Shown here in pieces: positions 53,403 to 64,000 of a stretch of DNA of 64,000 nt (its first letter is position 1; each line of letters starts with the position of its first letter). Under the pieces are notes generated by a model. The model was not told where the DNA came from. It searched no databases and saw only the letters and a program-made list of their open reading frames with translations. The position numbers and the translations under genes are program-made. The stretch comes from Lama glama (Eukaryota), in NCBI GenBank assembly GCA_028534125.1, contig CM052816.1:62126001-62190000 (forward strand). Direction: 5' to 3'.

Positions 53403-55402
53403 TTTTAGTAACAGGGCATCTTTGGAAGTTTTAAAACAAAGAAGTCACAAGATCAGAGGAGAGTTTTAAGAGGATTAGTCTGGATCCAGTGAATAAACTG
53501 AAAAGAAGTGGGAGATTGATGGTGAGAGACCAATTGGGAGGGACTATAATAGCTGACGGCCTGAGGGGATGTGATTCTGAACTAAGTGGGTGGCCACAGA
53601 AATGGGAAAAAAGAGACGCACGGTAGACACTGAAAAAGATAAAACGCTACAGGACTTGGTAACTGACAGAACAGGACTGAGGGGGACTTCAAGATACTTA
53701 TTTTTAGTGACTGAAGAGTACACTGGGGGATGATGACTTCTGGGATAGTATGTATTTCCCCCTTTTGCTAAACTCAGTTACATTGCTGTGGATTATTAGC
53801 TTACTATGTATCCACACCTGCACATGTTAAGTTGCTTTTTGTTCACCTGATTGTATCTAGACTCTCTTGGTAGATTGGAAACATTATTTGCTAAATCAGC
53901 TCTTCTATTTAAAGGCTCAGACATTTTGTCCTAACAAGAGTCTATTTCACAGATTTTAGTGTCTGTTTAGAAATATATAGAAATATATGTATATGGACAA
54001 GCAATATACATGTGTATATACATATGTAGGTAAGCAATTAAATATTTTTCATGAGGTTTTTACTTTTTCTAAAGTCATATTTTGTAGAGCAGAAAAAGTA
54101 AGTGAGTGGTTTAGTTACTGCTCTGAGCTCTGCTTTATGTAGATTTTTTTTTCAGATGACCCACAACAAAACTTTCAAGGGCTAAAAGTTTAAAGAATGG
54201 ATTTTAAAAATGATCTCAGGGGAATCGTTATTTAACTATTCAATGTAAAGCCACCAAGCACACAGATGTTAGGGTGATATTTTATCAAAGAACCTCAAAC
54301 ATAATTACTTTAGGAGTAATTCTAAAACACACACTGCTCACTGATGTATTGTCATAATGAGCACATATGCCTCAGAAATGTCTTAGGTGTGCTCTTCCAG
54401 TCCTCTCTTATTTACAAACCAACATAATGGTTTTATAGTTACAAACCAGAAAAAATAACAGTCAAATGTAATAGAAAGATCATAAATTATCAGCTAATGT
54501 ATTTGCTCAATTTTTACTAGTTGTTCTTTTTGTTTCTTTTATTGAAGTATACTTGATTTTTTAATTGAAGCATATGACACCGTTTCTTTTAGGAATAGAT
54601 TTTAAAATCCCAAGTAAACTTAATGAACAAACAAGGTGCACATCCCCTCACTGAGCTCACCACTCCACACAAACATGAATGAAACAGCCTTGCTCTCTTG
54701 GACCTCAACAGTGTAAATAATGAAGTGACGATGAGTTTTCCTAAAGTTCATTTAAGAATCAATTTTCTCTCTAATTGGAACATCTATTAGAAGGCTCTAA
54801 CAAGGTGAAAGTCATTAGATCTATTCAAAACACAAAAGGGCTAACCTTCAACAGGCCATGGGAGAGCGTGTGTCTAGATTCCATATCACATTTCCCTTTG
54901 TTGTTAAGAATAGCTCCCTCCTTTAATTTGGTGTCAGTCCTTTGTCACTTGCTCCTGAGTATACTTATGGCCCTTAAGTGGAAATGCTAGCCTCACCGAG
55001 GGACCACCACCCGCCCAGTCCTAGCCACGCAGAGAGGAGGTGAATGCACTATATGTGGCAGTCAGGTACCCCTACTACTCCCTGCAATATTCTCTTCGGC
55101 AGTTGGATTTTGTTTCACTTTCAGACACCAGTAATTAAATTGGTTACAGCAAAGTGCTGACCATGCTGGGGATTCTTTGTGATTCATTTCATACAAAAAG
55201 AATTCTATTTCATGATAGAATTTCATGGTCACAGACCCCACCCCTAATATGAGCTACAATCTTACAAATGATAAAATACCAGGCACTGGGAGGTATGTGC
55301 AAAAGTGTTGAGAAAGTATGTAGACAGTGTTGGGCAAAACTCTGCCCTAATGGGCAAAACAACCCAAAGTGTGCTGCATACTGCAGATGGGCGGAGGGAA
55401 TT

Positions 55403-55867
55403 TGCTATGGGTTGAATTGTCTTGTTTCCACTCCCCAAATTCATTTGTTGGAGTCCTAACACCCAGTGCCTCAGAATACGACCTTATTTGGAAATAGGTT
55501 GGTGCAGGTGTAATTAGTTAAGTTAGCAGAATGTCATACTGGTACAGCAGAGTGGGCCCCTAATCCAACATGACTGGTGTCCTTGGAAAAAGGACAAATT
55601 TGTACCCCCCCAACACACACGGAAGAGAACATGTGGAGATGAAGGCAGAGATGCTTCCATGAGCCAAGAAACAACAAAGATTGCCAGCAAACCACTAGAA
55701 GCTAGAGGAAAGAAACAGATACATCCTCCCAGCCCTCACAAGGAGCCAACCCTGCCTAACCTTGATCTTGGACTTCCAGCCTCCAGAACTGTGAGACAAG
55801 AACTTTCTGCTGTTAAAGCTACTCAGTCTGTGGGGCTTGGGTACCGTAGGCCTAGAAAACTACCACG
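55403..55867 (+). mobile_element. MaLR solo LTR (MLT1B-like), near full length
   Basis: tgctatgggttgaattgt...gaccttatttggaaatagg...ggacttccagcctccagaactgtgagac. Confidence 0.88.
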
Positions 55868-57094
55868 CAACTGTTCTCCCACCACTGTCCTGACGGATAG
55901 CAAATTCTTTTGGTGCAGATACAGCTCACCTTTCATCCTTTGACCCGTGAGAGTTAAAAATTTAAAACCAAAGCACCTGTAATAGGAAGGGACCATAAAG
56001 GACAGGTGGGTGGCCTGGCATGCTGCCAAGCAGGCCTCTTTTACTCCACCCCAGGTCTACTCCGTCATGTGGACTAAAGAAAGCTGAGTGAGTTGGCTGC
56101 ATGGTCACCAAGCCCTTCTTCCCTTCCCTACCACCCCAGGTAATCGCTGCCATCGCAGCCAAAGTGCTGGAAGGCGGCACCCCTGACTCAGCCGCAGCTC
56201 TGTGTCCTCATTCTCCCACTTCCTCGCGTCCCAGCAAACAACACAGGGAATGGGCAAGAACGAACTAGAAGGGGAACTGGAAAAAACAGGGCAGAAAAGT
56301 CAAATAAGAGTCAAACAAAACTGAAATAGACCAAAAATTAAATAAATAAGTAGAAGGAAAAACAGGAGAGATGCAAGGAGAAAGGAGAAAGAAAACACCA
56401 TAGGCATGGTTGGCCAGAAAAATCGTTGCTGAAGGAAAAACCTTAAAATCTGTGGGGATGGGTTCCTAGACTAGTCATTAGATTGTTCCAGGAAGCCACT
56501 AGGAAATTAAGATTCTCCTTGAGATCGTAGTTATATGCACATCTTGAGAAATTATTTCTGGAATTCAGTCATCAAACTTCCTGCATGGTGGTTTTTTTTT
56601 TTTTAATAGCTGAGTTCTGTAAACAAAATCTATGTGATGCTACGTGAATTAACAGAGAACGCTAGAATGATGGAGCCAGATGACTCTGAAATCATTCAAT
56701 TCAATTATTGAGGTGTAAGAGAATTTGAGACTCGTCCAATGTCATGCAGCCTATCCCAGAGCTAGGCCAAAAGATTTTGTAAATATGATTTGTGAAGAAT
56801 CTAGGCTGATTTACACAAAGAAAATATTTCTGAACTTAACTACTTTTGACCCCTCACATCTCCATATTGTCTTTCAGATATTAAAGAAGAGGCCTTTTGA
56901 GAAAGCCGTCAGGAAAACTTCAACTTAGAAAATTCCTCGGAACATAATGGAAGAAACTAAGGTAAACAAAATTCTATTCCAGCTAAAATATTTATTTGAA
57001 AAACATGTTATGGATAAATTTATTTTTAATATAAATGTATCCTGACCACTTGAATTCTAAATTTCTTAGTAATTACAATAGGAATACTAATTGA

Positions 57095-57332
57095 ACTTAA
57101 TAACATTTGCTATATGCGAGGCAGTCTTTTAAGTGCTTGATGTATGTCACCTTACTTAATCCTCAGATTACTATATGATTTGGTCCCATGATGTATTAAC
57201 CTTATTTTGTCGATGAAGAAATTGAGGCAGAGGTGGATATCTTTGCCCATGTCACACTGTTTGTGAGTGGTAAGGCTGAGATTTGAACACTGGCAGTCTA
57301 ACTCTAAAGTCTTGTACTTAACCATTGTACCA
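57095..57332 (-). mobile_element. MIR
   Basis: gatgaagaaattgaggcagagg...ttgcccatgtcacac...gctgagatttgaacac. Confidence 0.78.
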
Positions 57333-58144
57333 GACTGTCACTTACCACCCTATGAAGAAATTTGCGTATCAGTCCACACATATCCCTCATAAGTGGTAAA
57401 GCCAGGATTTTATCCAGGTCTAATCTGATTTAGAGTCAATGCACTTTCCCATCCCAGCTATGCTTCCTCTCACATTAGTGTATTTAAACCTCACTTTCAC
57501 TGTAATCAGTGGCCACCAACTAAGGGTAGTGGTGTGAAGACTGAGTGCGACACAAACACCACAGAAGCAGTCCAGGAAAAGGACCCCTGAGCACGAGCCC
57601 ACCAGCCATGGCGTAAACTCGCAGGTGTGTTGGAGGCTGTTGGCTCCCCTGGTCACTCCTAGCTTGTGTGCTGTGCTCGTCTCTTCAGTCTCAGGGGAGG
57701 GTGTGGATGATGGAACAGACACTAGACCAGGGAGCGAGAGACCAGGCTTCCAGCCTGAGAGCAGCCTCAGACTGGCAGAGTGCCCCTGACGGGGTTGGCA
57801 TCACCACCTGGCTCCTCCCTCAGTCCCCCCGGTACCCCCAGGAGTGTGCATGACAGCAGTTTATGGTGAGAGATGTGGGATTCAGAGGGTTAAGTAATTC
57901 CATCAAGGTCCCCAAAGTGGTATTCAGTCCAGGTCTGCCTGACTGTAAAATCTTCCCATATATGCCGCCAAGTTGCCTCTAAAGTCATTTAAATCCTCGA
58001 AATCCCAGATTCCTCAAATATAAAACAAGGGCATTTTGCTAAGTCAGCACTCCCTGTATGACAGAGACCTAGGGATTCTTCCATGGTGTCGCTGAAGTCA
58101 GCTTTGGAAGGAAGTCCAAGGAGGGCCCAGATGGCTGCGGACCC

Positions 58145-58166
58145 CATGTGCACACGCGCGCACGCG

Positions 58167-58210
<44 letters not shown>
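58145..58210. repeat. Compound (CG)n/(CA)n microsatellite
   Basis: 66 bp of unbroken purine-pyrimidine alternation, including (CG)6. Confidence 0.97.
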
Positions 58211-58214
<4 letters not shown>

Positions 58215-58909
58215 CCGAGCAGTGCCCCTCTTAGCTTTAACACCTCAGAGAGGATCACAGTAAAGGTACAATAACTGTGGTAAATCAAACCAGTCAGATT
58301 CACCTGGCTGGTGCTGTCCAGAAAACATCCAAAGACTTTCAAAGAAAAGGCTGTCCCCAAATTTCTGTTAATCTAAACACAATTCGAGAAAGTGTATCTG
58401 TGAAGATGGCTTTCTGACCCAGGCCAGCTAGTGAGAAACACAGTCTGAGTTTCCTTCTCTTGCTGTCCCCATTCCTGGACAATTTCAAATGGGCAGGGAT
58501 GAAAAGGGATGTACTATTTGTGGCTTAATTTGAACTCATTGTTTTTTCTCTTCCTTTCTATTTATCTTGCTGCATTCTCTTTTTACCCTGTCCGATTTCA
58601 ATCCTGTCTCCCTCCTCTGGCCCCAAAACCAGGTAGGAGACAGGAAAGGAGTAGTCGGTGTGGGTACGAAATGAATGAATTCATTTACTCCCTCAATTCC
58701 TTCCCCCACCTGTCTTCATAAAGCAACGCATCAGTGCTTAGATGCTCAGATGATTGCTGCCAGGCAGGCATCTTGACGAATGCATGGAGAGCCAAGGTTT
58801 ACTTTCTCCCATCCCCGTAGCTTGTATCCCTTTCAGGAAAAGCTACATATGTAGAAAAGAATAAAGCCAACAAAAGGCAAGTGTTCATCATGGTGACAGT
58901 GATCAGACC

Positions 58910-59300
58910 TTTTTAAAAACACTTATTGAGGTATCCTTTACACACCATAAAATTCACTCATTTTAAGCGTGCAATTCACTGAATTTTACCGAATATACAG
59001 TTGTACAACTATTACCACAATTCAAATTCGGAACATTTCCATCACCCCAAAAAGATACCTCAAACTCATCTGCCGTCACTCCCTGTTCCCACCCCCAGCC
59101 CCAGGCAACCACTAGTCCACTGTATGTTTCTGAGGATTGGCTTTCTCTGAGCACTTCACATAATGGAATCATATACTATGTGGTGTTTTGTGACCAGCTT
59201 CTGTCATGTTACATACTCTTTTGGAGGTTTGCCCATATGTTAGTACATTTCTGTTCTTTGTTCCTTTCTATGTGACACCTTTTTGAATGGCAGCATTATA
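58910..59300 (-). mobile_element. L1MB-like 3' end
   Basis: ttattgaggta...cataaaattcactcattttaag...gaacatttccatcaccccaaaaaga...ccaggcaaccactagtccac. Confidence 0.85.
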
Positions 59301-59720
59301 CAAAAAAAAAAAAAGATTATGGATTTCAGAAGCATGCAGATGGGAGGCCAAATCAAAGTTGTACCACTTCTTGGGAAGTTCTTTAACCTCTCTGAGACCC
59401 ATTTTAGGATGAGGATGATAATCCCTCCCTCAGAGGACTTGGCTATCAATTAGCTGGATTGTGCCAGCAAACCATGGGCACTCAAGACATCCAGTATTTC
59501 TCTCTACGTCCCCAGGAATCTTTGCCTTTGTTACCCTGCATCAAGTTGTAAAATGATTCCCACAGCCTCCCTGCCAGCCTTCACATCAACCTTGAAGTGG
59601 AAGCCCTCGTAGCTAGCAATATCCAAAACGGAATCCCACCAAGGGAATCACATCCTTCATTAATGGAGGCCCAGATGGTGAGGAGCTAAAGGGATTTCCT
59701 TCAATTATATTGCTGTCGTT

Positions 59721-59753
<33 letters not shown>

Positions 59754-61649
59754 TAGAAAGAAGGTTAAACTGTATTTAATTGTTATCCAACGGAAGAAAA
59801 TGTTTCAAATTCTACCCTAGAACATTTTACAGATTTGGCCTTACCTTTGCAGGGATCTAACAATATATTTTCCCACTAATTCTTATAAAACTGCCCCCAA
59901 TAACATCAACTTCTGGATAACATGGAAGCCAGTAGTGAAGGGCTATCTATAACCCTCTGAATTAATAAAATTCTCCTCAAGTCCTCAAAACTCAACTTTT
60001 AGCAAATAGTTTCAGACTCTTTCTTTCCCAAACCTTTACAAGAATCTGAATTTCATGTATGTCACAAAATAGACTAAATTGAACTCCTTGTTCATTTCTC
60101 TACTTCATCTTCTCTGGTTAGAACATGTCATCAATTTGAGTTCCAACTTAAAGGAATCCGGATCTAAACCCACCATACACTCTTAGACTCAAAGTTTACA
60201 AAGATGCGATTCCTTAGCCCTGAGCATAAAATTCTCTGTTCTAAACCCGTTTTTCCTTCTGAATCATTATTTCTCTACAGTTTTTAATCCACCATGATTT
60301 CCCTTTGTGTTTCTGATTGCTTTTCTTCCCTTCTCCTCTGAGATTTATCACAGCTGCATTTCTTCCCCAGTTCCACCTCCTAGACTCACTCCCAGATTCA
60401 CTTCCTGGTAAGCACAGTATAACAAAACAGAAAAGGATAATACTTTTTAACATCTCTACCAAATAAAACAGGTTTGCAACATACTTTATTTATCTCTCAT
60501 TTCTAGGAGACGCACAACATATCATTTTTCATGATATAAAATGCCCGTTGTCAAAAGTAAGCTAGTTATTAAGAGAGATAACATACAGCTTTCTGATGTT
60601 TATATACCAATAGTTATCACTGTACATGCTAATGGCTTTGAAGATAATAAAAAGTGATTCTTTTAAATAAGTAAATTGGATATAATCCCAACAAGTGATC
60701 AATCTGGAACATTTTCAGGTCAGTCCGACTAACTAGAACTTCTATTCTGATAAGACTATGCTCACAAAGACAAATAGATAAAAGCTATACCTGGACCGAA
60801 TCAAACATGTAAATCACTGTATTTGTGTAAGGATTCCCACATTCCCTTGCTCTTTATACTGATCTGAAAATAGGCACTGTTAACAAAATGCATGACTAAC
60901 CTCTCCCAATACTGAGAGGTCAGAAGTGAATGGGGTCTTGAGACAAGTTTTCACTCACTGTCTTATCACCTAAAATAGGCGTGAGAATCCATAAATGTGA
61001 TAAAAAAAATAATAATAATGAGGGGGGACACAAACAGCTTAAATTGAGTTAGTTTTGTAAATTTCCCCAATCTTTAAAAAGGTTTTCTTATGTTAAAACT
61101 TCCCTTTCATACACTACAGTGAAGAGAGTAATTTATATCCAAGACTTTATTTTGGGAATTTTATTTTAAATGATATCATAGGAATTTATCTCATAGTATA
61201 AATAGTTTATTAAATCTGGGATTTAGCAAAGATTTTTTCCCTACTGCAAAGGCCTTTTGTACAGTAGATGTTTAGCAGCAGATGAGCAGTTTTCACTGAC
61301 CTCCTGTGCCAATCTTGAGGCATGATAACTTCAGTTTGATGCTCAAACATTCTGCAAAAACATCTTAAGCCCCAAATTCCAATGTGTGGCCAGCATACAG
61401 AAAGTTAATTTTTAAAAAAAAATTACTTAATGACCAAAATCTTCAATATATATACAAGAATCACACAACCTTCATATTATCATTTGGCCTACAGTTTGCT
61501 CATAGCTCTCTAGGGAATCCTGATCTCAGGGTGACTGGCTAAAACCCCACATTTGCAGAGATCATCTCTGAGGTCTTGGTCACTATAAATATCTGTCAGC
61601 ATCTGTGCATCATGCAGATGAGTTACCAAATAATGCCAAGAGTCTCCTA

Positions 61650-63540
<1,891 letters not shown>

Positions 63541-64000
63541 GATAGGACAGGAATACTAATGTGATCCATCCATACAACCCCCTTCCCCCTCCACAGTTTA
63601 TGCACTTATCCAATCACATCCCCAGGAACATCAATTGCAATATTACTTCATCGGCTCTATTATTAGAAATGAAAAGTGTCATCAGAGTGGAGCACATTGC
63701 CACATGCTAGGACCTAAACACGAATTGCAGATCAACCCGTGTGGATTTGAGGCTCTCACCTGGGGCCACAGATTAGCAAAGCCCAAAGAGAAGGGAGTGA
63801 CATTTTGGCCGTAGAAGGAAAATCTCTTAGTAACAGTTTTAAAAAATAGCTTTCTTCCCCTGGGTTTTGTTGTGGTGGTTGCTTTGGTTTTTTGTCTTGG
63901 TTCAGCGTGTGCAGGGAGGGAAACGGCAGACAGTGGGGCAGAATGCACGCAGGAGGCCTTCAGTCAAACTGGTCCTCACCTCATCCCGTCTTCACTAGCA

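Overview
Mammalian genomic DNA, probably camelid (alpaca/camel), judging by several tRNA-derived vic-1-type SINEs. The window holds the 5' half of RGS7BP (R7BP) on the minus strand. It contains a CpG-island promoter/5'UTR (~62.7-63.55 kb), coding exon 1 (62712-62876), exon 2 (61651-61817), a 58.5-kb intron 2 and exon 3 (3006-3136, absent from the ORF track). Later exons lie beyond position 1. All splice sites are GT-AG and the phases join into one frame (aa 1-154). The rest is ordinary TE-rich intron (L1, L2, MIR, MaLR/ERVL LTRs, hAT/Tigger MITEs, CR1 relics, microsatellites) plus a 500-N gap with a duplicated flank that is probably an assembly artefact. I found no convincing new biological system. 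The most interesting signals are in the RGS7BP leader: two out-of-frame AUGs just upstream of a weak-context start open a 99-codon spliced overlapping ORF, and further uORFs and an in-frame alternative donor are present. Several retrotransposition scars are readable (twin-primed L1 inversions, a possible SINE-L1 chimera, micro-insertions, an inverted SINE pair). Repeat family names come from recalled consensus features, and most repeat boundaries are approximate.
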